Source: Chara braunii (Eukaryota; Plantae; Charophyceae). Taken from it: a stretch of 64,000 nt of DNA. Every line of letters begins with the position of its first letter. The first letter of the stretch is position 1. Below the pieces are notes generated by a model. It saw nothing but the letters and a program-made list of their open reading frames with translations, was not told the DNA's origin and made no database searches. This document shows, piece by piece, positions 12,978 to 25,635 of this stretch. Location of the stretch: assembly GCA_003427395.1 (NCBI GenBank), contig BFEA01000001.1, positions 5,455,069 to 5,519,068 on the forward strand. Reading direction: 5' to 3'. A program made the position numbers and the translations under genes.

Positions 12978-13869
12978 GGTGAGAATGTCCGGATGTGGAC
13001 TCGTCACCACTACTACTGGCGAGAGAATCTATCATGCCCGCCTTGTGGAATTTTCAGATCCCTGTCCCACCAAGAGCAGGGACCAGGCCGTTGATCCTCC
13101 TAATGTTTGGTCCAGACCAAGCAATCCGGACAAATGGGAGCTCAATTGCTGCTTCAGGCAGGCATCTTTTCTGCTTGCATCTACGAGCTGGCAGTTCTTC
13201 ATGTCCTTTTCTCTCACTACATAGGAAATCTTTCATTGCCCATGTCGTGAACCATCATCGCCATTTCCAGACAGCCACTACTGGTTTTCTGCTTGTGTCC
13301 GACACTTGGCTCGCAATACCCAACAAACCAACAGTCGAAATAGGTACAATACCGGGTATAAAAATTGGGCACAAACACAGAAAATGCTAATTAGTAAGAT
13401 ATAAATAACTCCATGTTTCAACCCCACTCCCCCCCTCACAGGATTTCCTTCGGGGATATAAAAACTGAGCATTACGAGAGACTGAGAGGAAAAGTTGGTT
13501 CGAGCACCGAGCTGCTAATCCAACATTATTGTATGAATCATCCCTCACAGGATTTGAACTCATGACCTAAATCTATCATCATGCAAAGTTACGTGTGTGC
13601 GTATGATCAGACCCCCCCCCCCCCCCCAAAAAAAAAAGCCGGTACGAACAGGGTGAAGAGGGGGGGGGGGGAAGGGTAGCGTGCAATGTGTGTGATACAT
13701 CGATTTTTTTGACTTTCATTCTTTTGTCGGTGACTGGGCTCAGCGTACAGATTACCCGGCTGCATTGCCTGAACCCCCAAGAGCCCTGGGAAATCTGCAA
13801 GTTTTCTGAAAAGGTGCCTTTTGGTCTATGAAAAATAGGCGAATAGGGACACTCCTTCCCTTTTCTTTG

Positions 13870-13935
<66 letters not shown>

Positions 13936-14080
13936 TTTTTCTTCTTTTTCTTACTTTTTTGTTTTCCAAAGTCACAATCAGCGTAACAAATGAATTTTTC
14001 TGAACTTCTATCTTCTTTTTCTTCAGCAGATCAGAATGAATTCCTAAATGACTTCCCTCTTTTTTTTTCTTTTTTTTTGG

Positions 14081-14161
14081 TGGACCATTTCTCGATTAAC
14101 GCATGTCATCCTTTTGCAGGAGCCATGCTAATCATCTCCGTATCCATCCAATTCTATCGGA
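14081..14161 (-). pseudogene. U6: U6 snRNA pseudogene (5'-truncated, A-tailed)
   Basis: Minus strand tccgatagaattggatggatacggagatgattagcatggctcctgcaaaaggatgacatgcgttaatcgagaaatggtcca aligns to plant U6; followed by an A-rich tract; gaattcctaa on both flanks. Confidence 0.85.
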
Positions 14162-15163
14162 ATTCCTAATTTTGATTTCCTAATTGAATTCCTAATTGAT
14201 TGGCCCTTTTTCGAAAGCGCAAAATAGGCCAAAACGGCAAAGGTGAGCGCAAAAAAGCCAAAGGAGAGCCCAAAAACGTTGAAAAAACCCACTCAGCTTA
14301 TTGCGCTTGAAAAAACCCACTCAGCATATTTAGAAGTTTGATATTGATGCATATTCACCTCTGACGGTTCTGACGCATCTGATTCTGACACCTGCAAGAA
14401 TGTGGCCAAGCATATCAACTGCCAAGTCGACACAAAACGACAAGAAAAGAAAAACACGAGAAACACAAACCACCAACCATCAGAATCACCGATCAGTCAG
14501 CAGGTAAAGAAACGAGGAGCCATCAATATCTTTTTTCTTTCTTTGTTTTTTGTAAAGCATCCATCAATATCATTATATAACGTGGCCCAAGAAAAAGAAA
14601 AAAAAGAAAAGGCATGCCACTGCTTCCTCCTGCAAACAGAATAAATAAAGAGGATTGAGGGAGGCCCTACTCTCTTCCCCCTAAGACAATGCACTCTCAT
14701 CCTGAATGCCTACAAGCTATGAATCCGGTCAAATACAGTCATGATGAGAGTGCATCGACGATCGGGTACTTCTCTCTTCTTCATGTCATTCACGACGAGG
14801 TAACAACTAGCGCAAGATTCATTCTCATTTCACACGTGTGGTTAACGGGGACCCCCAGTTTCAGCTCCTGACTAACAGCTCCAAAACTGAAATTAGGGTT
14901 TGGGAGTCAAATTGTATGTTTCTTTTCCCCTCCTTTTTCTCGCCTGTTTTTTGCTTTGGTTCAAGGTTGTTGTGTACCAAATTTGGTCTCTACTCTATGA
15001 CTTGGTGGCAAGTTGGGTGTTGTTATAAAGAGCATCACAAGTTGTCTGAAAATTAGGGCCTCCGTTAACCGCCTCTCTTTCATTTTGCACATTTCCGGAG
15101 TGGTGGAGCGAGGCCCACAGTCATGTTTTTTTTTCTGTGGAGCTGTGTATAGTGGACATGGCA

Positions 15164-15300
15164 ACACACACACACACACACACGCACACACACACACACA
15201 CACACATACACACACATACACACACCCCCATACACACACAGACATACACACACATACACACACACACACACACATACAGACGCGCGCGCGAGCGCGCACA
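15164..15300. repeat. (CA)n microsatellite
   Basis: Direct reading; another at 20700-20753. Confidence 0.95.
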
Positions 15301-16112
15301 CAGATCGTAAGGTCGATGATGATACCGTAAGCACGGACGGTGAATAATGACTATATATTTTAATAATTTCACCGCAAGTTAGCGCGGGTCGAAACCACCG
15401 ACTACGGGAAAAAAGAAGAAGAAGGGGGCTGGTTTGGGCATCTACGCCCCACGTAAAGTCCTGAATCTGTGCCCGTAACAGCGGTCAGATACAGCCACGA
15501 AAGCACTACCGCGGTTGATGCACAAACAAGCAAGAAGTGTCGACAGTAAAAATATATATAAGAGTCCATAATGAAGAGCGACTGAGTGCGAAGGATGAAC
15601 AAAGCAAGAGGAGGGAAGAGATGATATGGCTTCAGATAACCGAGAGGCTCATATGGTCATATGCCTATAGCGATATGGTTCATGTTCCCTATAGTCATGG
15701 CTATGACCCATGGCCGTAGCCATGACCACAGCAATGGCTATAGGGATATGACCATAACCGTGGAGAAAGGAAAGGAGAAGGAAAAGGAAAAGGGAAAAGA
15801 AAAGAAACATGACGCAGAGGAAAAGGGAAGAGAAAAGAAACATACGACGCGCTCTGATGTTAGGAATTCGATCTCAACGGCGTGCTGACAACTTCGAGGT
15901 GCCACTCCACAAAAAAAGGCGGGAAAAAATATCGTGTGTTTCAAAGGCAAAGGGCACACGCTCGAAGGAACACAGATTGCATCGAAGTACGACGGCATGA
16001 AGCCACGCGTTCCTCCCTCCCTGCTCCCCCTTTAACAACCACCCTTCACCTTCTCCCCATGCTGTCACGTTTATTTGCCCCCGAGCACACCGTTACACAA
16101 AAAAAAGCTATC

Positions 16113-16512
16113 AAAAAATGGAGGGAATCAAGTTATCGTCATCGTAGTAACAAAATGGCGGGAATCAGGGTCTCGTCATCGGTGGGGGAAAATGGCGGGA
16201 AGCAAGGTCGCGTTATCGAAGTCGAAAAATGGCGGGAATCAAGGTCTCATCATCGTAGCCAAAAANTGGCGGGAATCAGGGTCTCGTCATCGGTGTAAAA
16301 AAATGGCGGGAATCAAGGTCGCCTCATAGAAGTCAAAAAATGGCGGGAATCAAGGTCCCATCATCGTAGCCAAAAAATGGCGGGAATCAGGGTCTCGTCA
16401 TCGGTGTAAAAAAATGGCGGGAATCAAGGTCGCCTCGTCGAAGTAAAAAAATGGCGGGAATCAAGGTCTCATCATCGTAGCCAAAAAATGGCGGGAATCA
16501 GGGTCTCGTCTT
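16113..16512. repeat. 37-bp minisatellite with a 111-bp three-unit higher-order structure; core AAAATGGCGGGAATC
   Basis: Core recurs every ~37 bp from 16119 to ~16488; three linker variants cycle in order. Confidence 0.92.
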
Positions 16513-16594
16513 CATAGTCAAACTCACCAATCAGAAATACCGCCACACTCGGCAATCAGAACATGGCGGGAAAAATATCCCGGGCAATCCTTCC

Positions 16595-16658
16595 GGAACG
16601 ATACCGAGAAGATTAGCATGGCCGCTGTGCTTTCAAGGATGACACACATGAATCGAGA
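16595..16658 (+). pseudogene. U6: U6 snRNA internal fragment
   Basis: ggaacgataccgagaagattagcatggccgctgtgctttcaaggatgacacacatgaatcgaga matches the U6 ACAGAGA-box/AGC region, with a 3-nt insertion at GCGCAA; runs into (GA)n. Confidence 0.85.
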
Positions 16659-16899
16659 GAGAGAGAAAACAAATCGCAGGGTTCTGGATTTGACATTACA
16701 GCACATTTGTTCGATTGCTGCCACGTGGCTCGGTGTCAACTGAGGATGACACATGAGCACAGGCTAGACTGGCGACACGTGGCAATCAGCTGAGTACGCC
16801 CACACGTGTCCGTCACAGAAGGCCGGTCCAGGGGTTCGCTGAATTTCATGACCCGCGCGCTGCTTTGCACTCGACACGTGGCAATCACCATCGTGCTAG

Positions 16900-18150
16900 C
16901 GAAGAGGACGAAGAGTGAAGAAGAGAGATCGCGCTAGCGAAGACGAGGAAGAGGGAAGAGGAGAAAGAGCTCTGGCAAAGAAGAGGACGAGATCAGGAGA
17001 GAGAGAGAGAGAAGCAACAAAATGGTGGAGAAGAGGAGAGTGGAAGAGACGATAGGAAACAGAAGGCGAGCGAATGAAGGGAGAAGAAAACGAACAACTG
17101 AAGTGAAGAAAGAAGAGGAGGATGTGACGCACGAAGAGGAGAGGAGACGACAGGAGAGGAGAGGAGAGGAGAAGAGAGGAGAGGAGAAGAGATCAGAGGG
17201 AGTGGGAGAAGAATGGGAATGGCTGAGATCTAAGAAAAGGAGGAGAGAAGGACGGGGGGGAAGAAAGGGCAAAGCGAGAGAAGAGGGGGATGAGATGGGA
17301 GAGGAGAGAAGAGAAAGGGGGAGAGGGACAAGTGGAAAGAAGGAAAAGGGGAGAAAAGCGAGATGAAACTGAGGAGAAGAAGGAAAAGCAAAAGAGCAGA
17401 GAAAGGTAGACGAAAGGTTAGAGTGACGACCAGAGTAACCAAGGACAGGAAAACGAAGTGAGGTATGGTACAACGGGAACAGCGATGAAGGGAGAAGAGG
17501 GGGATGTAAGAACACGACAAGAGACCCGAGGACAAGGTATCGAAGCAAGGCGAAAAAAGGCGACACGAGGGGAGAAGAGGGGCGAAGAGAGGAAGAGACG
17601 AGAGAAGGGAAGTGAAGGCAAGAGAAGATGGAAGAAGAGAGAACAAGAAGAGAGAAGAGAAGCGAGGAGAAAAGGGGAGACGAGGGGAAAAAAAACGGGA
17701 GAAGAGGGGAGAAAAGGGGACGAGGGGAGAAAAGGGGAGGAGGGGAGGAGATAAAAAGCGGAGAAGATGGGAGAAGAGGGGAGAAGAGGGCTGAAGTGGG
17801 GAAAGAGGGCTGAGGTGGGGAGAAAAGGGGAGAAGAGGGGAGAAAAAAGAGGAGAACGCGAAGAGCAAAAGGAGGACAATCGAGGATAAGGAAGAGCAGA
17901 ACGAAGGACAATCAAAGAAGGCGAAGAGCAGAAGGACAGTCGAGAAGAGAGGCGAAGCAAGGAGGCCGGAGGGAAGAACAAAGGAACAGAAAGGGAGAAG
18001 AGGGCATGAGAAGAGAGACAGGGAAAGAGAGAGAGAGAGAGAGACACGGAAAAAGAGGGAGAGAGAGAGAGATGGAAAAAGAGAGGGAGAGAGATGGAAA
18101 AAGAGAGGGAGAGAGACAGGGAACGAGAGAGAGAGAGAGTGCGAGCGAGA
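16900..18150. repeat. 1.25-kb purine-rich (G/A) low-complexity tract
   Basis: Plus strand strongly G/A-biased. Confidence 0.9.
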
Positions 18151-18465
18151 GAGTTTATTACTTAGGCTAAGAAGGGAAAACACACTCACCTTGACAAGGG
18201 AGGTTATAATGTACACACATGCAGCTTTTATGGAGGTCATCCACGTGTCATCCTCAGATCTGCGCGATGAACAATGCAGTGGAAATGGAAATTTGAGTAC
18301 CCTCCCCCCTGCGTTCTGATGGCAGACAGCAAATTTTTAACCTTTTTTTTTTTCGATTCCTAGACGTTTCAGCGGACGATTTATTCCTAAACTTTTTAAC
18401 CACAAAGCCCACAACAAAGTATTAAAAAAACAAAAACAGCAATTTGCAACACAAAAAAAAATCAT

Positions 18466-18665
18466 AAATTATCTGACAAGAGAATGGATGCAAGGAAAAG
18501 AATTACAAATCTACCCTGAAATTTCCTTAAAAAAACATGTATTATCAGACGAGAGGCTGTAAGGAAAAGAAGTACAAATCCACACAAATTTCCTGGAAAA
18601 AAACGTAAATTATCTGACAAGAGACTGCAAGGAGAAGAAATACAAATCTACCCTGAAATTTCCTG
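18466..18665. repeat. Three tandem ~70-bp units (aattatctgacaagag...caaggaaaag...tacaaatctaccctgaaatttcc)
   Basis: Direct reading of three imperfect copies. Confidence 0.8.
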
Positions 18666-18848
18666 ACATAAAATCATCCTCATTTGCGCCCGCCCTCCCT
18701 GTGTCATTAATTCACGGATTCTTTTTCCCTTTCAATTTCTGGATTACATCGATCAGGGTCATCAAGCGGTGCTGTAGTAAATCGGGGGGCTCAATTCCGA
18801 CATACTATTTTTGGCTTAATGAGATGCGTAACCCACTTCAGTTATACA

Positions 18849-18915
18849 TTGACTGATTGATTAATTAATTGATTGACTGGCTCATCGATCGATTGATTGA
18901 TCCCTCAATACATTA

Positions 18916-18947
<32 letters not shown>

Positions 18948-19755
18948 GTTTAGCGATTGATTGATCGATAGACTGACATACCAAGTGCTCAGCTCATTGC
19001 TACTTTGATTCCATATATCCCTTGGATTGATTGATCACCTAAATTGATTAGTTGATTGATCACCTACAAAAAATTCCTTTTTCGATGTTTTATATTTGTT
19101 AACTTGATTAGTTGATTGATTACCTAACTTGATTAGTTGATTGATTAATTGACTGCTTACTTGACTGATTATTTTATAGCGTAAGCCGTATACCTGGCTT
19201 GATTGATTACTTGATCGATGCACTCCTTGATCGACTGCTTTGCTCTACTGGTTGAACCCCTGAGACTCGGAGATCGACTGATTGAATTTCTATCAATTGA
19301 GCGGTGGATCGTTCGCTTACTTCATTTCTGCTCCTGGCTCGATCGGTTTGTTTGTTCGATTCGTCGAACCCCTGATCAAATATCATTGATTGATTCATAT
19401 GCTTGGTTAATGATTGATTCATGATTAATAGATGACTGATTGATTGATTGATTGATTGATTCGTAGATTGACTGGTCCTTCACTTCGTCATAATTGCTAG
19501 TGGTGATTCATCGCTTAATTCATTTAGCATTAGTATACTGTATTTGTATGACTTTACATTCCTGACATTCTGTATCAAAAAATCCTCATCCCTGTAGCTA
19601 CCTCCCCTACCTCGTTAACGGACGTCTTGATGGGCTACCATTTGACTTGCGTACTAGTACCGAGCATAATAAAAAAGAGACAATCAAGCAATCAGTCAAC
19701 CAATCAATCAACCAATCAATCAACCAATCAATCAACCAATCAATCAATCAACCAA
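18849..19755. repeat. Degenerate (GATT)n tract followed by the complementary (CAAT)n tract
   Basis: gattgatt runs 18849-19470; caatcaa runs 19681-19755. Confidence 0.85.
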
Positions 19756-19923
19756 TCGCGCAAGCCGCACGATCAAAACCATGCCGCAGATCACCGGGCG
19801 TGCAAGACACGCCTTCACAGCACCACTCAACCCCGACGTTATTCTCCTCTGCTGAAGTGAGCGAGCGCCAGAGCGAGAAAAAAAAAGAGTCCCTCGAAAG
19901 GGGTAATTTACGCGGGGGGGCGG

Positions 19924-19961
<38 letters not shown>

Positions 19962-20000
19962 GACAAAAATGGCAGGTGTCTGGAATAGAACAAATCCCTG

Positions 20001-20200
20001 GGGCGAAGTCCCACTACCGGTAGCGCCGGTTTAGACTTGGCTTCGAGTACGCACCGGTTCCAGGCATCGGATCTGAACATCTACCGGCCGCACTGTGGCC
20101 AAGTTGAAAACTACTCCAAATCTCAAAAGAAAAAAAGAAAAAAAAGAAAAAAAAAACTACTCCAAAGGACGACTAAACCCCCGCAGGTGGGACTTAGCCC
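20001..20200. mobile_element. MITE, PIF/Harbinger-like, 200 bp
   Basis: Termini gggcgaagtcccac / gtgggacttagccc with further ggtttag/ctaaacc pairing; 3-bp CTG on both sides. Confidence 0.65.
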
Positions 20201-20697
20201 CTGGTGTTTACTGCTAACCCCTTTTGCTAATCTTCCCCTGCCCACCCAGGGGANAGAAGGGGGGGGGGGGAGGGGGGAAGAAGGAGGGGGAACAGGCACG
20301 GAACTTTGAAAATACGCAAGGAAAACAGCACCAAGAGGGAGTCGCTACACCAGATAGATTTCCTAGATCCCAGAGATTGGCTAGACCTGTAGAATCGCTG
20401 CCGGGTGCCATTCTTAAATCAAGTCAATGCGTTATTATGTTGGTTTTCATCCGTTTTTTTATCTTTGTTTTATTATCTTTTATTTTTCGTTTTCTCCCCT
20501 TTTTTTTGCTCTCTCTGACATCTGACGTCTCTGTGGAGGGGTTGGATTCTGCTGAACAAAATGCAATCTGCCAACTAATACCCTATTTCTCCAGAAAAAC
20601 GACAGAGAATAGGGAAAAGAGAGAGAGAGAGAGAGAGGTGGGGGGGGAACGAGAGAGGCAGAGGGGAAGAGCCAGAAAAGAATGAGAGAGAGTGCCG

Positions 20698-20758
<61 letters not shown>

Positions 20759-22066
20759 AGACACAGACAGAAAGACACACAAACACAGTACAAGAGTGCG
20801 ATATAGCGAGACAGAGAGACAAACAAGTGAAAGACCTATATATCGAGAGAAAGGGACAGAGAAAGCGAGAGAGAGAGCGAGAGAGCAGGAGAGAGAGCGA
20901 GAGAGCAGGAGAGTGAGAGAGCGAGAGAGCAGGAGAGTGAGAGAGCGAGCGAGAGAGAGAGAGCTCACAAAGGAGTCGCCTTGTAGTAGATGAAATGCGG
21001 CGCGAACGTCAAGGCCGCGCAATTGAAAAAATGAAAGAACGTCATCCTGCGCGACTTTCGCCACACGTGTCAAAGAAGTCGTGGAGAATTAAGGACGTAC
21101 AAACAATAAGCATGCAGGATTCTGAAGATCTCCCCTCCCCCCCCCGTTTAAGAGAAATCCTCTCCCTCCTCCTAATCACGTCCACCACAGATCGCCTCGT
21201 TTGCACCTGCCACTACCCGATTATCTCCCTCCCTGCTCGTCATCCGCCGACGCACAGAAGCAAGGCAATCGAGCGGAGCTTCTTTAGGTCGCCACGTGGC
21301 AGCCTTGTCAGATCCCGACTACCACGCAACACCGAAATTGCCGAGCCATCAATTGAGCACCGTTTGCAGAAGCAAGAAAGGAGAAAGGACCTTTTCTTCC
21401 GCAGAGTCGAGGCCTCGCTGCACCAGTCACCAAATGTGGAAAAGGAGAATGAATCCTTCGCTAAATCATGGATACAATGTCGCCATAATTTTTGTATTTT
21501 GTGCATTTGGTGAGTCGTGTGGCGATGCCCTCGTTGCCGCCATTGGCGAATACTGCGAGAAAAGCGAAACACGACAAAAGTAAAAAAAAAAACAAAAAAA
21601 AAAAAGGGAAAATTGCATCTGTACCCCGCAACTGCAATTTACACAAAACAAGGGCCCACCTCAAGTATGGTTATGCTTAGGGCCGAGGATACAATTTGGT
21701 GGAACAAACCTGGCCCACCTCGGCCCTGGGCATGCATAATTGGCACAAACCATTTTGGGGACCGGGTCTGGGTAAATGCAATTTACACAAAACAAAAAGG
21801 GAAAGAAAACAGTGCTGCTGGCCTTGCCACATCAGTCCCCAGTTCTAGAAAATTCATGATGGGATCTTAATTAGCAATCAAAACAGTAAACGAGCTTGGC
21901 TTGTACGGAGCTTTACGGTTTTCCGAAAATATAAATCCATCTTTTTTTTTTTCTTTTTTTTTTTGGAACAAGGCTCCAATCTATTCGTGGGAAGCAACAC
22001 GTGCTGGGAACGGGGCCCAGCGTCCCATATACAAATTTACATAGAATTGAAAGTTTGAGATACCGG

Positions 22067-22163
22067 GGGCTAGGTCCCACTTACACGAATTAAGCGATAT
22101 CCACCGTAGAGAGCAAAGATCAACGGGCAGAATCTCTTAATCCGTGCAAGTGGGACCTTGCCC
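22067..22163. mobile_element. Related 97-bp MITE/foldback
   Basis: Termini gggctaggtcccacttacacgaattaag / cttaatccgtgcaagtgggaccttgccc; CGG on both sides; same terminal motif as 20001-20200. Confidence 0.65.
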
Positions 22164-23794
22164 CGGGGCCATTACCGGGCTTTGGCTAAGAAAAAAATTG
22201 AAGTACTTAGAAAAATTACTACGACGAAATTCAGAAATAGGCAAAATTGGCCGGTCGGAGCCAGAATCCCTGGCCTCGGGGGCCCGCACGAAATGTGCGT
22301 TAACGAAGCGGTGGTAGCAGCGGTGGCAGTGCCCGGTCGTCGGCGGCGGCTGTGTAGGACGCAACGCTGGGGCACGTAGACGCTGATCTCTTCCACGAGG
22401 CGCCTACTCTGCCAGGCACCATAGCCGTGGGAGAGCTATGGCAACAGTGCCCTGGCGTAGCCTAGCCCTTGAGTGGGTAGGGAGTGCTATGCATTCTTAT
22501 GCCATGGCATCCTGGCAGCTCTGTACCTTACCTCCATACCAACTTGCATACCTCACAGGATCTTGATAACAGAGGAGCCACCCTCCCCTTAAGCCTTCTG
22601 CTGGAAAGGGGGGGCTCCTCTCTCACCACCCAAAGGCCGCGCGCTGTTTGTCATGATAAGTCATCCCGACTGCTCTGATTACTGGGAAAGTACGGGAGTC
22701 GGAGGGGCGCATCTGGACGCAGTGGGAGAGTGTGCGGTTGCGGTGGCAGCTCTCCGGCATGTTTTAGGGCTTCAACAAGTCTCGGTTGACCATTCGTTGT
22801 CGCAAGGCAGTCTGTTGTTCTTCTACTTCATTCCAGAAGTATATGTTCTCGTTTATTGTGTCCGTCGTTTGCCATTTCTGAAGTGGGCGACCTTGGCTGA
22901 ATAGCCAGTATGCAAAGAGGTTTTTCCCTCTTTCTTGCTCTGTTCTATTTTGTTTTCGTTCCTTTGGTTTCGTTTGTTGTCGCGTCCCTCATCATATGAT
23001 GGTTATCAAACCACACGAGATATGGAGTAGCAGATGGAGAAGCGTGGAAGTGAAGCATGTAGAAGGGGAGATACAATTTAGATCCGACGTACCTCTGGAC
23101 TGTTTTACTTAGTGCTAGGGGACCAGTGTGCCTCCAGACGGTCTTCTGCCCTCTAAATGTGCAAATGGTGGGGAATTATCCTTTTCTCTCTCTTTCGCTA
23201 TTCTAATCTGTCTGACTCGTACTGCGACAGTGCCCTGAAATCACCTTGTTTACACAATCTGTGTGATAATATTTGGAAGGTAGTCATCACGATGTAATTT
23301 TGACCGATTAGTCAGTCTGAAGACATCCATATTTGATTATTGTAGGGGTTATTGTGTGCAACGAGAAACTCTGGGCGGGTTAGAAAGTTGAACTGTACGA
23401 CGAATAACGGAACGAAAGATTCAGGGGATCGTCTCTAGTGCACGGAACCAGATGTGACGCCAATCGTTTAAGGTAAATGACTAACGAGGAGTTGCTTGAC
23501 TCCATTGGCGCCATGGCGGTGGTTACATCGGAATTCCCTAAGTATGAATGGTCCTCATGTTTCTGGCTAAGTGCGGGTAGGATGCCCGAGTGGTCTAGTA
23601 ATATATGTACTCAGTATCTGCTCGGTCTTTTGTGAAAGGGAAGCGGTAAGTCTTTGGTATTTGTTCTGCGTATGTAGATCACGTTGAACTGATACTTTCA
23701 AATCTTATGGAGATTCGTTTATAGTTTTTTTTATGTTCGTAAGTACTGGGGAAGGTTCGCAATAGTTTTCGGGTGAAACTTATGGGGTTGGGAA

Positions 23795-24520
23795 GATATG
23801 AGAGACCCGGTGAATAGCAAACTAGAGTTGTATCCATTGGGTGCGTGGTGGAAAACCCGTCTAGGCAACAAACTTAAGGCTCTTCATAGTGTTTTGGTCA
23901 GCGATGATGAGAAGGTAACCCTAAGGCTTATTCGTCCTTCCCAGCGTTTTGTCATTGAGATTGTCTCTTTAGAGTTTACATAGTAGATATTTCGAACGGC
24001 TTCTGTTTTATATCTGTGTTCCCAGTTTGATAGTTTGTAATTGCTAGAAAGTTTGATTGTCGAAAAAGCCCCGAAGCCCTACGGGTGGCAGCGCCATCAG
24101 TGGGAGTGGGAGACTCGCTAGTGGCGGTGGGAACGTTCCCCGGGTGTGAAGGGTAAGACAACTGTCATCCATAACCACGCTTGGAGTGACAGTGTCGCTC
24201 ACGTTTTAAACGCCGAGGATAGGACTTGGGAGTTGTGTTTGACATTGTAATTTCCAGAGGTCTTGACCACTCACAGACTCTTGATGTCCTCAGAGCGTTG
24301 GGGTATGGTTGCAGTGATTTAGGGTGATACTCAGGGATTGGGATGATATGAGAGACCTGGTGAAGAGCAAACTAAAGTTGTATCCACTGGGTGCGTGGTG
24401 GGAAACCCGTCTAGGCAACAAAGGCTCTTCACAGTGTTTTGGACAAGTAAAGGACGGGAGGGTAACTCTAATGTTTTATTTTTCTCCCTAGCTCTTAGTC
24501 GTTGAGAGTGCTCCTCTAGT
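23795..24520. repeat. Dispersed ~170-bp direct duplication (23795-23970 and 24345-24520) in an unclassified non-coding, possibly LTR-derived, segment
   Basis: gatatgagagacc(c/t)ggtgaa...aaacccgtctaggcaacaaa...gtgttttgg in both copies. Confidence 0.8.
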
Positions 24521-25005
24521 CTGAGAGTTTGTAGACTTGCACTTTCTGTAGATAATATTAATACGTATAGTTTTAAATTTAGTATGCACCTGGGCTGAAT
24601 TTTAGAATGAGTTGTATCTAAGAAATTAGTTTGCCTTCGAAAATAATTTTAGGGTTAAATTGTTAAAATTTTCACAAATTGCCTTGTGCATTTTTTAGTT
24701 TTGCAGTTTATACCTCGTAGTTTTTTTGCCAATAGTGTTTCGATCTTAGAAACATGTCGGCGTATTCCAGGGCAGGAAGGATATTACATTGCTAATAGAA
24801 TTGCTTTACAATTTTTATTTTTTGAGATTCCTTGAAGGGAGACTGGACCCGGTTTCCAGGAGCCTAAGCTGAGTATTGGCCTCAGCAGGACTGTACCAGG
24901 TTGATATGTAGGGGTGTGTTCCCGGGCGCCAGTGGTCTCATTGGAATGACATTGTTATGTTTCTCCAAAAAAAGAAAAAAGAAAAAAAAAAGGCAAAATT
25001 CAAAA

Positions 25006-25381
25006 AACGACTCAGAAGCCCCCCATCAATCCTCTTTACCTCACTCCGGCAAGACTTACTGCAGCAGAGTCACCATCTCCGTGCTGCTGTACCCTATTTC
25101 CATCCTACAAGCTAGCCCCCTCACTAGTAGGACGCTTGATATCCCACCATCTACTTCTCCCACTCACCTTTTTTTTTAGAACAAAAATATATGCACAATT
25201 CATAGAACGACTCAGACACCCCCTATCAATCCCCTGTACCCCACTCAGGCAAGACTTACTGCAGCAGAGCCACCATCTCCGCTGCTGCTGTACCCTATTC
25301 CCATCCTACCAGCTAGCCCCCTTACTAGTAGGATGTATGATATCCCACCAACTCCTCCCACTCACCTTGATTTTTTTTTTA
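25006..25381. repeat. Tandem duplication of a ~170-bp unit, each copy ending in a T run
   Basis: aacgactcaga...ggcaagacttactgcagcagag...cccactcacctt at 25006 and 25207. Confidence 0.85.
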
Positions 25382-25635
25382 AGATATCGGAGCCCTTACC
25401 CGGCTTTGGCTGAAAAACCGTATGAGCACACTTGCACTAATTCGAGAAGGATGGGAATAGACCGCAGAGGTAGTACACATGCTCCAAAACCCTCGAGACC
25501 CCTAACAAACCCTTCCAAAGTTTTCCAACACTGCTTTACTCCCTGCCGAGCTCTTTCAGGCCTCACACCCCCACATCCTGACATCTGGAAAAGAGGGGCG
25601 CGGCGCTACCGGGAGTGTTGCGCTCGGCACAGCCT

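Noticed and set aside
13490-13570. tRNA gene
   Set aside because: Only a GGTTCGA-like word; no cloverleaf could be folded by eye
16934-18240. Long ORFs of 325, 336 and 209 aa
   Set aside because: Translations of a G/A low-complexity tract that lacks stops by composition
22380-24960. Solo LTR or DIRS element
   Set aside because: No consistent TG...CA ends with TSD and no tyrosine recombinase motifs seen
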